From: Chara braunii | Lineage: Eukaryota > Plantae > Charophyceae | Length of the DNA: 64,000 nucleotides | Reading direction: 5' to 3' | NCBI GenBank assembly: GCA_003427395.1 | Contig: BFEA01000004.1 | Location: 3,690,334-3,754,333, forward strand | Shown: positions 23,222-36,384 of the stretch, piece by piece | Layout: each line of letters opens with the position of its first letter | Position numbering within the stretch: position 1 is the first letter of the stretch | Notes under the pieces: model-generated | Seen by the model: only the letters and a program-made list of their open reading frames with translations | Databases searched by the model: none | What the model was told of the DNA's origin: nothing | Position numbers and translations under genes: made by a program

Positions 23222-25250
23222 AGAAGAATGGAAGAGAACATCACCACAATACACCTCGTCTCTCTCTCTTCACAACATCTCGATGCAGGCAGCCTGTCGC
23301 CTCGCAACCACACAGAGTTGTCACCCCGCTTAGTCCGAGCATGCAAGATAGGTTCGCTAGCCACTTCCCAGACTCGCATGGCAGCACGCGCGAACCGATC
23401 GAGCATGGATCATGCATTCAAAGTCGGTGATGATGTGCTTATCGACGCCCGCCACTTACAGCTAGAAGCGGACACGCTCGCAAGTTTCGGCATCGCTTCT
23501 TTAGTCCATGCCGCATTCTCCAGGCCGTCGATTCTGATACGGCATCTAGCCCGATCAGCTTCCGTGTAAAGCTGCCCGACTACCTACGCTAGGCTCGTGT
23601 GCACGATGTCTACCACGTCTCGTTATTGCGTCCTCACCGCAGACCGTCTGAGCGTTTTGTTGGACGACCATATGAGCGCCCTCCACCCATCATGGTGGAC
23701 GGTCACGAGGAGTTCCTCGTTTCAGACATCATTGGTCGCCGAGTCACCGACGACACCCTCCCTACGACGAGTATCTCGTACGCTGGAAGAGTTACCCTGA
23801 TGAGGAGGCTACTTGGGAGCCCCTCGAGCACTTGCAGCACGCTCGCATGTTGGTGCGTGGCTATGACCGTGTTCGTCGTGCTGGGTTCATTGCTCCTCCT
23901 CAGCCCACTGACCCTCCTCCTTCACCCCGGCTGAGGAAACCGCTGATGTCGAGCCTGCTCCATTTGAGGCAGACCTTCAGCAGCAGCCGAATGCTTCTGA
24001 GCGTCCACAGCGCACTCATCGTCGTCCTGCTCGATACGACGATTGACTCTGACTTGCCTTCCCACATCCTTGACTTCCCAGTATTTCATCCACTCCAGTT
24101 TTGCTACTTCAGCTCGTCGACATTGCAGCTCTTCCTCGACGGCATTCCATACTTCTCATCACGGACATCATCGGCAGCTTCATGGACTTCGTCACGATCA
24201 GCTTTGCCTACTCCAGACGTCATCGCTCCCTTACCACTTTCCCTTGTACAGTACCCTGCTTGTGTCGCATGATGGTCTCCCTTTAGCCGGGTTCCTCTGA
24301 GTTGGGTTCTCCCTTGGTATACGTATAGGCATCGGGACCGTAGCGTTGCCTTGGCTTCCCATCTTACGGATCTAGCTCCGACTTCCCTCATTTTAGGAGT
24401 CGTTTGCATGATTCCCTTACCCTTCACCTTTCTACCCTTTGTCGGCCATCACGCCCTAGTTAGGCAGCTCCGCATACTTTATCTAGGTGCGCCCAGTATA
24501 CCAGGCTCCCTTGTTCCCTTGCATGGTCGACCCTTCATAGCGGTCACCCCTTAGTCGAACATTACCCGCCCTGATGGTTTATCTGTTAGGGTCATTGGTT
24601 CTGTTTGCTCCCGGTTCCCTACCCTCATTGAGCCTGATGACAAGTGTTTCCCTTGTCACTATGTGTGGATGCCCTTAGGAGTTTTCGACCCTTAGGCTAC
24701 ATTCGCCACCCTCAGAGACCATCCTACCCTTTGGTTTACGACACACTCCTCATGTGACATACGGTTGCTTTGTTGCTCTCAGACTGAGGCTACTGCCTTT
24801 GACATTTCTAGGATTTAGTTGTTTTGCTTTTGTTGTTCTGAGGACTTATACACTAGTCAGTTGTTCCTAGACTGAGGTTTCTGCCACCAACATTCTAGGA
24901 TTTAGTTGTCACTACTTTCTGCTTTCCTAGGACATGTTTGCTAGTTAGTTGTTTCTGCTTGCCTAGGACATGTATGCTAGTCAGTTACTTCTGCTTTCAC
25001 TTAGGCTGTTAGTTGTAACATTGATGTTTTGTGACTTTTTTTATCCTACGTTGCATCGCATGGACTCAGCATGGAGCTTGCTCCGCATCCTAAACTACTC
25101 AGGTTTTTTTTTTTCTTTGGTAGAGTTCCGCTTCTTGGCGGAAGCGTGCTTGTATCTAGGCGATCCATCACAAGCCGAGGATCGTGTAGCGAACCTCTGG
25201 TTGGCCTGTGAGACCAGCCCTTGAGAGCAGCCTGTGTTTTATTCGGGGCA
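23222..25250 (+). mobile_element. Chromovirus (Ty3/Gypsy) 3' fragment: integrase C-terminus, chromodomain and 3' region
   Basis: FKVGDDVLI, VHDVYHVSLLRP and EEFLVSDII, then after a frameshift YLVRWKSYPDEEATWEPLEHL (chromodomain) at ~23700-23880. The downstream end is approximate. Confidence 0.88.
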
Positions 25251-26075
25251 ATCCAGTCCAGGCCGGTACCTCTGTTGGTACCAGCCAGTCCAGTCCAGTG
25301 CCATCAGTCCGTTGGGGTATACCCCAGCAGTTGTCTGTTTTAGAGATCATTCTACACTGGCACGATTTGGAGTACGTGCATTGGAGTCCTGCGTGGGAGC
25401 TGCGCTGTGCCATCTCGCTCCTCCCTCATCCTCCATCTCCATCATCATCCCAGGCGGAGCACCACACACGGTGGGTCCGGTATACACTTGGAGCAGCGAA
25501 AAAAACACTCAGGTAGCAGGTAGGCCAATACCACACCAGGAAGAGGTAGATGTGCCGGATACTCGAGGCCGAGCAGAAGAAGACAAAGTTGACATTTTTA
25601 GAGGCCCAGTAGTTGTAGGCTAGGTCTAGGTGGGTACGAGTCCAACCCGTCTAAGTCTACGGCCTGTACGGGCAATATCAGAGTCTGCAATGATGTTTCC
25701 CGCCGAATGGGCGGAGGTACCGGTTGCTTGGAGATTGCCCAGCCTAGGAAGTCACTTGCCAAGAGGCAAGCAGGCCGCTATATCGCCACGAGGAGCGAAG
25801 TGCTCCTCATTTTGGTGTGCACGTTTGGCAACACACTGGTTGGAGCACTGGCTGGAGCAGCGATAGCATAGAGCAGCACTGGAGGATGAAGACAAGGACT
25901 AGAAAGGGGGAACACCAGAGGTACTTTCCTGGCTATGGTCGACCCCATCTTCATCACCTTGGTGGACGCTGCATCTGGAAGGCCCCGCTGGGGTTGAGCT
26001 GCACCAAGAAGCTTCGAGGCAGAGTCAGGCACGGTGGCTTGAGCAGCCATAGCTGCTTTGTGTTGTCCTTTGCAC

Positions 26076-26163
26076 AGCACGGCAATGCCCTGGTAGTCCA
26101 CCATAGCACGGCAATGCCCTGGTAGTCCACCATAGCACGGCAATGCCCTGGTAGTCCACCATA
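26076..26163. repeat. 3 x 29 bp tandem repeat
   Basis: AGCACGGCAATGCCCTGGTAGTCCACCAT x3. Confidence 0.9.
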
Positions 26164-27826
26164 GCCTCGGCCTTGGTGGAAGAAGGAGAAGAGTGGCCAT
26201 GGCTATGGTGGACATCATGTGATACCTGCGGTAGAAGAGGGATTCGGACGTTGATTCTGCTTCAGTCATTCAACATTATTATTATTATTATTTCTTGTTT
26301 GAATAAGAGGGGAGGAGATAAGTCGGAGGAGAGTGGTTGGCGAAGAAGAAGGGAGTTATCATTGGTCTTTGCTGGTGTATATCCTCTTCTTCTTTCTTTC
26401 CTATTCTTCTTTCCCTCTCTCTCCTCTCAAGTTCATTCATTTATTTTTGAAATTCGACGACATTGTACTTTCTCATGAATATGTTCTTCGAAGTTGGCCA
26501 GGATCGTAACAAAGGAGGTTGAACCCCCGACAGTCTGCCCACTGTGTGGTTGTGTATGTGCCACCTCATCCACGTCATCTTCCACTGCGTCATCCTCTTC
26601 CTCCCCCTGCTGCCCCGGCGCCATCATCCACTTCGACCTCCCAGTCCTCCTCTATTCGCGCAGCCAGAAGAAAATGCCACTGCAAAAACACACTGCGCAG
26701 CCCCGCAGCGGTACTCACAAGGAGGATTGGATTAAGCGCCTGAATCTGGATAAATCACAGTTTTCCATCCTCTTGATAAACACGTCCGGACTCTTGCATT
26801 GAATCCAATCGCATTTGCCAGCACGACCTAAACAACACATCGGCAAAACTAACGAAGAAGAAAGGCACCCCCCTCGATTCAAGCTCCGGACACACAGGGA
26901 AAGAAACCCCGGGCCATGTACAAAACTGCCAGCCCCTGCGCCGACAACCTGTCCCGTCCACAGCGCTTTGGTTCTCACACTAGACTGTCATGAAAACCCG
27001 TATTCCCTTCAGTAAGAACAAGAAGATTGGGGGGGGAGGGGGGAAGGGGAGGGAGGCGGGGGCGAAGAAGGAATACACTCTTATTGGTTCCCACCTCAGG
27101 CAGACTGATTCCTTGTATTGCGCTCTCTTCCCCCAAAAAGCATATGAAGTATTATGAACACTCTGACAGCCCTAGCAGAGAATCCTCTGCAGTGGCTTAC
27201 AGAGGTCTGACTAAAAGATTTCATGTGCGCGAGCTCAAGCTGCTGTCCGTGAACACAGTCCCCAAACTGACAACCTGAACAACTGTCTTCCAAGAAATAG
27301 GACGCAGGTAGTGCCACCGTACAGAGATATAGAGAAGTAAGAAGTGAAAAAGTGCCCGCCGTTATCCCCAACGAAAGACAAATAACAACAAAAGAAACAC
27401 AAGAAATGCAAAAGAACAGGTCCTCGCCACAGATATGTACAGGGAAGTCAGACCGGAAAATGTTTGCAATTCTGCTCAGAATAAAAAAGTCTGACAAAAG
27501 CTGCACAACTCTACTGCGAGATGATATAGCAAAAGAGTTACTCTGCAGAAGACAGGTCAACCCAACAGACACATGGACCTCTATTTTGTGTATGTAGATA
27601 CTGCCAGCTGTTTCCAATTCAGTTCCATCTTGTTTTCTTTATGAACTCCATCTCTTCAGACATTCTCACACTAGGACTTACTCATCCAAAATTGTGGTCA
27701 GATGCATCCTCGACCGGCCATAATTGTTGTGGCCAGAAACTGGTGTGAATACGCTCTTTGCGAGGCCAAATTGGGACCCACACCATGCCCTCCAAAAGAG
27801 GTGTTGGTGCCACAAGGTGGCTTGAT

Positions 27827-27991
27827 GACAACATCCCTAGTGATACGACTGCTGCCCCGCAGCGCAATTACGAGTTTGATTCCTGCTCCAGATCCACGCT
27901 TTCCCAGATGTCCCCTTATGTTAGTGAGGTCGGTGGGTAAGCCCTCATCAGACCGCTGCTGGGCAGCAGTCGTATCGCTAGGGACAATGTC
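27827..27991. repeat. Hairpin / foldback element
   Basis: TCCCTAGTGATACGACTGCTGCCC vs GGGCAGCAGTCGTATCGCTAGGGA. Confidence 0.65.
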
Positions 27992-28299
27992 ACAACCTTT
28001 AGTTTCACCTTAGGTTACCAAACCCTGAGCACTGTTAGCAGAGGAGATAAAAAAAAAGAATACTAGAATACATGTCCTCTCCGACCACTGCGCCTCGACA
28101 ACCCGAATCATACAGGCAAGCCCGCGTTGACCACTGATTCGCGGACAATTGGCTCGCTAGCGCACCCCGACCGCACAGTGCACAACCTCCGAATACTTCC
28201 GTGGGGGCCGTTTCTTCATCCTCCTCGGCCGGCTCTTCGTCATTGCAGTCTTCGAGGAAGCAGCACAGCCGTCTTCATTGCGAGCAGCGCCAACCTCTC

Positions 28300-29190
28300 C
28301 TTGCCTCAGCCACCATCATCAAGCTCCGGAGAGACCACCAGCGCCAACTTCCACCTTCCTCCCTCGGTCAAGGTGAGTCTCCACTCACCTCCTCCCCTTC
28401 CTCCTCCTCCTCAACTCTTCCCCTTCTCCTCTCCTCCTCCTCTTCCATCTCTCCTCCTTGTCACAGTTTTGTCCTTCTTTTTGTTCATATGGAATCTTGT
28501 ACTCGAGAGTTTCAATACTATCTCAGACTATCTCCTCCCCACCTCGGCCTCCACCTCGTTCCCACCTCCACCTCTCATCATCCTCACCTCCTCGTGCATC
28601 TCTCCTCCTCTGCCGCCGCCTCCTGCGCTCCGCCACCATCCCTCCTTGTCATGGTCTCCTCGCGTTTTCTTATGCAAACTTCGGTATGTGTCGCTATCAC
28701 CTCCTCTACCCTTCCTCCATCCCTCCTCATCAATCTTTCCTCCTCCATCTCCCCATCTCGCCTTCCCCACCTCTCGTCCTCCTTGGCATGGCCTTGTCGG
28801 TTTTCCTTTCTTTTTTTGAATGGAAGCTTCAAACTTCGAACTGTTATGGTATCTCGTCATTGTCATCCTCCTCCTCCTCCTCCATCCCTCCTCCTCCATC
28901 TCTCCTCCTCTATCTCTCCATCTCTCCTCCTCCCCCTCTCATCCTCCATATCAAGGCTTCGTCACATCTGAGTTTGAACTGTGATGGGATCTTGTCCTCC
29001 TTGTCACGTGCCCCTCCTCTCCTCCTCCTCACATCCTACTTATCCTCCTCCTGCATCCCCTCATCTTCCTCCTCCATCTCATCTCCTCCTTGTCACGGCC
29101 TCTTGACTTCAATTTTTTTTATTTATTTTTTTCCAGTGAAACCCTGGAGGTCGAACTGCGATCGTATTTCCTCGTCCTCATCGTCATCAC
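28300..29190. repeat. CT-rich low-complexity tract
   Basis: (CCT)n-rich sequence producing spurious S/P/L ORFs. Confidence 0.8.
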
Positions 29191-30699
29191 TTAAGGATTT
29201 CCATGGACACTTGAAAGGGCAATTGTTTCCGCTCGTGAAAGACAATTAATCGATTTCTTTTTTTCTTTTTTCTTTTTTTACATTTATGTTTTGCAAAAGC
29301 CTAGGCTACCAGCCGGGCCGTCCGGATCACCTCGCTTGCCCAGTCGGCCCGGCTGTGCCACAGCAAAAAATAATATAAAAAAAAAAAAATCTCAAAAAAA
29401 AATTAAAAAAAAATATCTGAAGGAAAAAAAAAATACATCTTATCGAGAAAACCAAACTGAATGAGTTTTTTTTTTTTTAATTATTCTAATATTCTTCTCT
29501 CAATCTCCCTGTTTATATTTTCCTTGTCTATCTCATCCTCTCCCTACTCAACCAAACCCGGAACTCTCCGCACCCCCGAGGTAGGTGGGACCACAACAGT
29601 GGTGCGAGAAGGCTTGTATTAGCCCCTCATCACGATGATGCGCAGTGATCAGGCATTGCCAACCGGGGAAACCGGCGATGCGAGTGCCAAGCCTCTTTGG
29701 CCAGTCACTCACACCTCCCCCTACCCCCCTCCAACCCCACATTAGCGATGTCCAATTGCCAATATCATTGCCATGTAGCAACCAACACTATTGGCCACGG
29801 TCCTGCCAATGCTGGCTTGCAGGGCCAACAGGTTATCTCCAGCTGAACAGCTTTTGCCTCAGGGTCACATCCAAATTCTTTACCAATTTGAAATAAAAAA
29901 TGAAGTTAAAAGTACAATATTTTTACTTTTCAATAAGTTTCTTTTATTTTCTTTGGCGCGTCCGGGCAATTGGTACTGGGGCACTCTGGTGGCCTAGGCA
30001 AAAGCAGTGAAATGCTATTTTAGTGTGCTCTTAGGGGGGTTAGGGGGCTACAAGGGGGAAGTGCTATTTTCATGTGCTTTTAGGGAGGTTATGGGACAAG
30101 GGGGAAGTGCTATTTTCATGTGCTTTTAGGTGGGTTAAGGGGCTACAAGGGGTTCTGAGAAGGCTGATTTCATGGGGTTTTCGGGGGTGATGGGGCTAGG
30201 AGGGGGAAGGGGTGGGGGAAATGTTTTTCGGAGTGGGCGCGGACCTGATTTTGTGGCTTCTCTTCTGCGCTTTTACCTGTGCACAGGTCACGATGACAAG
30301 CCGCAAGTACAGTTCCGCTTTGATCATTGGGCATTGCCATTAACACGAGGTCGCAGGGAAAGATGCACGCAAGGGTGCGCAATGGCGGATCTGCAAGTAT
30401 TGCAACACCAGATTCTCAGTCACACTGAACCGTACCGTTCCCACCTTCAAGTGCTTAAGGGAGGGGGGGGGAGAGGGGGGCGAGAGGGGAGGGCGGGGAG
30501 AGGAGCGCGGACCATTACGCGCAGGGGGGAGGGGAGGGGAGCGCGGACCGTTACGCGCAGGATCAGATGGGGTAGTAGACATCTCCGCACAGTTCCTTCG
30601 CAAAACCGTACCGGACGGAAGACGGCTGCACCAAACAGCGCACAGCCCCGTGCGGTCCTGCACAGTACGTGTACGTTCAGTGAGGAAGGATTACCCGTG

Positions 30700-33600
30700 G
30701 AGGGGGGCGCAGCGCTACCGGGAGCGCTGCGCCCCACCAGGTGCGCCCATCCGGAATGCTGTGTTTTCATACAGCACGATGCGATAGTGGCGCAAGTGGT
30801 CGGTAGTGGCGGCGAGAAGAAGGGCACAGTGAGGGAGTAAGGATGGTGGGTATGGCGAGGAGTCTCGACCCGTAGGAGGGGCACCTTGCTGGTGGAGGGT
30901 GGTGATGGCAGAAGGATGGCGTTGTTGGTGGAGCGGGATACTCGTTCTGCAAGCAAAAGGAGAGAACTGTTGGTGGAGCGGGATGTTGGCAGCGGTGGAT
31001 GTGATCAACCAGATCGCCGATCATATTACGTAGCGCTCCCTCCTCGCGTTGTTTGAGGCTGCATACTTATACACATCTAGATGTGTATAAGAGACAGATA
31101 TTACGTAGCGCTCCCTCCTCGCGTTGTTTTAGGTTGCATACCATCTTTTCCTGCTGTTTCTATTTTCAACTAGTTTGGGTGGCATGTGTCATCTGCCGGC
31201 TGGGCTCGTGAATTGCTGGCTGTTGGGTTCTTCTTACTCTCATCTTTGGCACCGGAAGTTGGGCGACTCCACAAAAGGAGAGAACTGTTGGTGGAGCGGG
31301 ATGTTGGCAGCGGTGGATGTGATCAACCAGATCGCCGATCATATTACGTAGCGCTCCCTCCTCGCGTTGTTTGAGGCTGCATACCATCTTTTTCCTGCCA
31401 TTTCTATTTTCAACTAGTTTGGGTGGCATGTGCCATCTGTCGGCTGGGCTCATGAATTGTTGGGTGTTGGTTCTTCTTACTCTCACTTTGGCACCGGAAG
31501 TTGGGCGACTCCACATGGGTAGGTGGGCTATGGTGGCCGGTAATACTACTCTTACGTCGAGTGCCAAGAGGAAGGTTGTTCAAGAGGGAGCATCAGGTCG
31601 AAAGGAGGTTGTACATCAAGGTATTGCTGGTTAGAAAGAGCTAGGGTTATGATGGTCAAGTGGTTTCCCCTCCTTCCTCAACAGTATGGTAAGTAGTTTT
31701 ATATGGAGGCTTGAACACCCTGTGGTGACTCACCAACGGGTTTGGTGAGGAGGTGCCACACTATCTTTGATTCTTCTTAGGGGATTGAAGATGGCCGTCG
31801 ATGTTTTCGGTGTTAGCATTGCCTAGAGCCTAGTAGCTAGCAGTGGGACGAAAGGTGTCTCTCGTCCCCCGAAGATGCTGGGATTGGGTTTGAGGGGGAT
31901 GAGGTAAGTGGGGGTTGCTGAGGAAGAGGGGGTGGCGGTTATTGTTGATTGATAGCTCTTATAGTCATGATCTCGCCCATGTATGGATTGCTTAGCTCAA
32001 AAATAATAACTTTTGATAATCTTCTGATCTCTTAATCTTGCTTCATTCTGTGATTTCTCAATTAGGCATTCTTCAGTAGTTTACGTTGCGCTGATTTCTC
32101 CCAAATAAAATTCTCAGTTCAATTCTGTGGATTGGAATTCCTGATATTGATTTGTAATTCTTTACTAATAGTAGACATTCTTGAATAGTTGATGCTGTGC
32201 TGTTTTCTCCCAAATAAAATTCTTAGTTCGATTGTGTGGATAATACTTGTCTAAACGTGATCTTCTGGTTACTTCTCTGATCAGTTTTCTGAAGTTACTT
32301 TTCTTATCGGTTTTCTGAATCCTGGGCTTCGAAAATCAGGATCGAAAGTTCATCTTGGACATCCCTAGTTGTGAATCTTAATACTATAATTCTACTTTTC
32401 GATCTTGGAAGGTCGTGAGCTTAATACTGTACGTTCCAATTTAATTTCTGATTGTCTGGTTTTGATTTGCGAGTTTTCAAAAATCGGATTTAGTTCTGAT
32501 GTCCCAATATTCACTCCATCGGTTGTGAAATTGTAGTCACTGTGCTTTCCAATTCAATTTCTGATGGTCTGGTCTTGATTTGTGAGTTTTCGAAAATCGG
32601 ACTTAGTTCTGATGTCCCAATAATCATTCTATCGGTTCCTGGAAATTGCTTTTATCTGTTTTTGGCTATTAGGGTTGGAGCCCCTCCCTGCAAGGGTTAC
32701 ACAAGGTGGGTGGTGTGATCTTTGAGAGGGAGGGGCGGTGTTGAGGGTTTGTCCTTCTCTGGGCCATGCTGATTGTTGGGGACGGATCAGCTATGGCGGT
32801 TGGGGAGGAGGACAAGGGGTGCTGATATCAGCATGGTGAGATGTTGTAGGGTTGTTTCACATGGAGGGGGTGGAGCAGGAGGGAAGGGGGATCTTCGGCT
32901 CTGCGGGGCATACTTTAGGGGATACTCAGCTGTATGCAGCTGAGGGAACAGGAGTGGTATTCTAGGGGGCTGTTCTGAACTGGGGCGGGGAGGTGAGGGG
33001 GCGCTTCAACGCGGTGGCAGTATCAGACAGGGGGTCGTTTTTTGAGGGGGAGGAGTAATCCGTTACGGTTCCCGTGAGCCTTGTACAAGCAATCAAGATT
33101 GGAGTAGGCGCTGGATTTTCCATGGGAGAGAGGGTGGTCTTTTCCCTCCCTTCCCCTCTTCTTGTGGAAATAGTAGGTGCTGAAACGTGTAAAGGGTGGA
33201 GGGAAGGGGGGAGTTAGAACTGGAGGATGGAAGCTAGCAAGGGGGTTCTCAACAAAGGAATGGTTAATAGTAGTAAGTAGGTCAGAAGGACGATGCTGGG
33301 ACGACAAAGGAATGGTTAATAGTAGTAAGTAAGGGGAGCTTGAGGCTTATGGAGTTATGACGAGAATGCATAACCAGACCGTTCGACGTAGCGGGCACCG
33401 TGGTATTAAACCACCAGTACTTCCTAAAGTCGCGTAGCGTTAACGCTACGCGATTTTTGGAAACGTACAGGCCACTACAGCAGCGCCCAAATTCATCCAA
33501 CAAGATAGGTTTCTACTCACCTTGTAACCTGTATTAGGGGCTTGCCGCTAGGGAAGTGTCGAGGGACGAAGGCACTTCCTGTCCGTCAGAACTAGGTTGG

Positions 33601-34465
33601 TCAGTACTGGGGAAGGTTGTGGTGCCCTATTACCCTAGCAAAAGGGGGTATGAGACCAAGTGAGTTTTGGTACGAGGACTGAAAACCTGGACCAACGTTC
33701 CGTCTGTTGAGGGGAAGAGTTTTTGGATGGTAGGCAGTTTCAGTTTTGACCCCCTGCTCACATAATTTTCCAAGCCTTTTTCAGACTCTGAAGTTTTAGC
33801 CTATCTCATGAGGTCTTGAGAATGCCTTAGGATTCTGGGTACCTCTCCCAAATCATTTTAGGTTTGTAATGCAGTTTATTCATGGATCTGCAGTTTTTCG
33901 ATGCCAGAACGACGCTGGCCGGATCTGGGGGGCTGCCCTGTAACCTGTTGACAGCAGGAGCGTGGGGCCTGGTAGAGAGATGTGAGGATACCTGGGCCGG
34001 GCATTCCAAGGGAAAACCAAGGGTCGCTGTCAGTACGACACTGGCCGAAGCTGGGGTGAGCTGTGTTGCCCTGTAACCTAGCAGGATAGGGGCATGAGGC
34101 ATGTGAAAGCTCGGCAAGGAATAAGACAGGGTTAGAAAATTTTAGAATGTCTTGCTGGAGATTCCAGGGGTTCTGAGCACTCGAAGGGCTTCTCCGGTTT
34201 TCCGTTTCGACTTAGTAAGTGCTGCTTGAGTAGCCTAGCAATAGGTTCGCAGTTATCCCTGTTTTTCCATACTCTCTAAAACCTTTTCATAGTTCTCAGA
34301 TTGCTGTTAGCCGAAGCCAGGTAATGGCCCTGGTGTTTCAAATCTTTTGTATAATTCAATATGGGACGCTGGGCCAGGTTCCCAGCACGTGTTGCTCCCC
34401 ACAAATAGATCGGAGCATTTTGTCCCCCAAAAAAAAAGAAAAGGAAAAAAAAGAAAAAAAAAAAG
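30700..34465 (+). mobile_element. A-tailed repeat, family B, with a decayed ORF on the opposite strand
   Basis: 34070-34416 is homologous to 85-410. Ends in the double-hairpin motif followed by an A-rich tail (34428-34464). The left boundary is approximate. Confidence 0.55.
31066..31097. other. Nextera mate-pair junction adapter (assembly artefact)
   Basis: CTTATACACATCT+AGATGTGTATAAGAGACAG: two Tn5 mosaic ends back to back. Confidence 0.97.
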
Positions 34466-35379
34466 AGGCTGTATGGAGGTTGGGGAGGGGACCCCATACG
34501 GCACACTGGACAGTGCAGCGCACGATGCGGTTGCAACTTCGATCATGCATCCTTACGAGGACCTCAGGCCACATCCAGACATGAGTCAGCACACTGCTAG
34601 AGTGAGCGTCCAGTCAGGAGGATGGCAAGAGAGCACGCCCCGCTCTCTCTGCAAAATCAGAAACGATATAAACGCCGCAGTGGTCACTTAAAATCCCAAA
34701 AGGTGCAGCTATATACATGCCACCCACTGACCTACGGGCAGAAGCGCGAGTTCACATCAATGTGCAGAAATTTCCCTGCGTGCTTCACATTGTGCGCGCC
34801 TGGACTAGAAAAACTCGCGGGGGTCGTGCGTGACAAGGCAACCCTGTGCATCCTATTTGCCCCGAAACTCCGTTTCCAGAGGCAAACGTTTCTTTTTTTT
34901 TTTTCTACCCTCCTTCCAACCACCAGTACACCAGCCAGCTATTGATGTCGAGCCCAAAAATGCCCTTCACGGGCGCCAATTTTGTTAGAGCCTGAAAGCT
35001 ACAGGTACCAGCACGTAGGAAAAAAAGAGGGCCGTACCGGTACCGCCATCTGTGAAACCCGTCTGCTGGACCTCTGCCCAGCAGACGGAACACAAAGGAA
35101 CCGAGGGCGTCATTTTCACTCAGGAAAAAACTGAAAAAGAAAATAAAATGATAAGACTCTGACCGAGTCTGACAGGCAACAGATTGCTCCCCGCCTCTCC
35201 CGGGGAGTCACAAGGAAAAAGCAACCGAGATTCTTCTTCTTTTTTTTTTCTTTTTTTTTTTTACAAGAAGACTTGGCTCATTTGATAGATTCTTCTTTCC
35301 ACGGAGGGGGGGGGCGAGAGAGAAAACCAAAGTAAAGAACGAACGGCAATACTCACGCATCGTCCGCTCGTGTACCACC

Positions 35380-36370
35380 CCAGGCCAGAAATGCAGTCAG
35401 ATACATTCTGGAAAGAGCTGGCTGATAATGGGGCTCACTCCACTACACACCAGGCCAGAAGTGCAGTCAGATGCATTCTAGAAAGAGCTGCCTGAAAATG
35501 GCCCTCACTCCACTACTCTCGACATGTGCAAAATGGTAGGGGTTCCCCACACAGCCTTTCAAATGAAGGCGTTTTCCGGAAGGTGTCAGACTTTTTTTCG
35601 AAAGGCTGCTCGTGAAAAGGAACACACACCCACCCTCCCCTCGCCACACAGACTTCTGAAACACCGAGGCCTTTCTATATGCAGATTAGGGCCCGACTCC
35701 ACTGCTCTCGACGCGTGTAAAACAAGAGTGTAAATATCTGCCTAGAACATGGAAAGATACACCGCCGTAACTTTTGTCTTTTGTGCATGTCGAGAGTGGT
35801 GGAGCAGACCCTTGGAATCGCCCCTTACAGGTTTTTTTCTCTTTGCCAATCGACTGTTTCGAGTGGGCCTTTTCACAAGCCCACTCGAGGTCTTTTGAGG
35901 AAACGCTCGTGACAGGCGGGAGGATCTCATCTCTTCGAGATGACTTCCGATGTCGGCCAATCTGACACATTTCAAAACTATTTCACAAGAACGTGTTTTG
36001 AAAGGCTGTGTGGCATTCCAAAGCCTGTGTGGCAAGCCCCATAGTGGGTGCGCTGCCAAGCAATCCACTGATCCCCCCTTCACGAGATTCCTTGTCCTAA
36101 AAAAAAGGCAAAATGCCATCTCAGATTCTCAGGGCTTGGCTCCACTGCTCACCACGTGCACAGAAAACACAAGTTTCGGTGGTGTATATTTCCACGTTCT
36201 AGCGGAAGATTCGTTCTCATTTTGCACAATTGGTGAGCAGTGGGGCAAGGCTCTCTGTGAGAGTACACACCTCGCTCCACTACTCACAACATGCACAAAT
36301 GCCACAAAAGACAAAACAATATGGCAGTGTATCTACGTTCTAACAGAAGATTCATTCTCATTTTGCAGAT
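35380..36370. repeat. Cluster of related direct and inverted repeats (nested MITE-like)
   Basis: 35725-35820 is inverted relative to 36125-36205. Repeated CTCCACT[AG]CTC motifs. A similar block lies at 55915-55965. Confidence 0.5.
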
Positions 36371-36384
36371 ACCATGATTTCACT

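Noticed and set aside
28127-29249. Overlapping 230-263 aa S/P/L-rich ORFs
   Set aside because: A CT-rich tract lacks stops in all frames by composition.
31066-31097. Genuine Tn5/IS50 ends or horizontal transfer
   Set aside because: Matches the synthetic mosaic-end junction adapter in its back-to-back arrangement.
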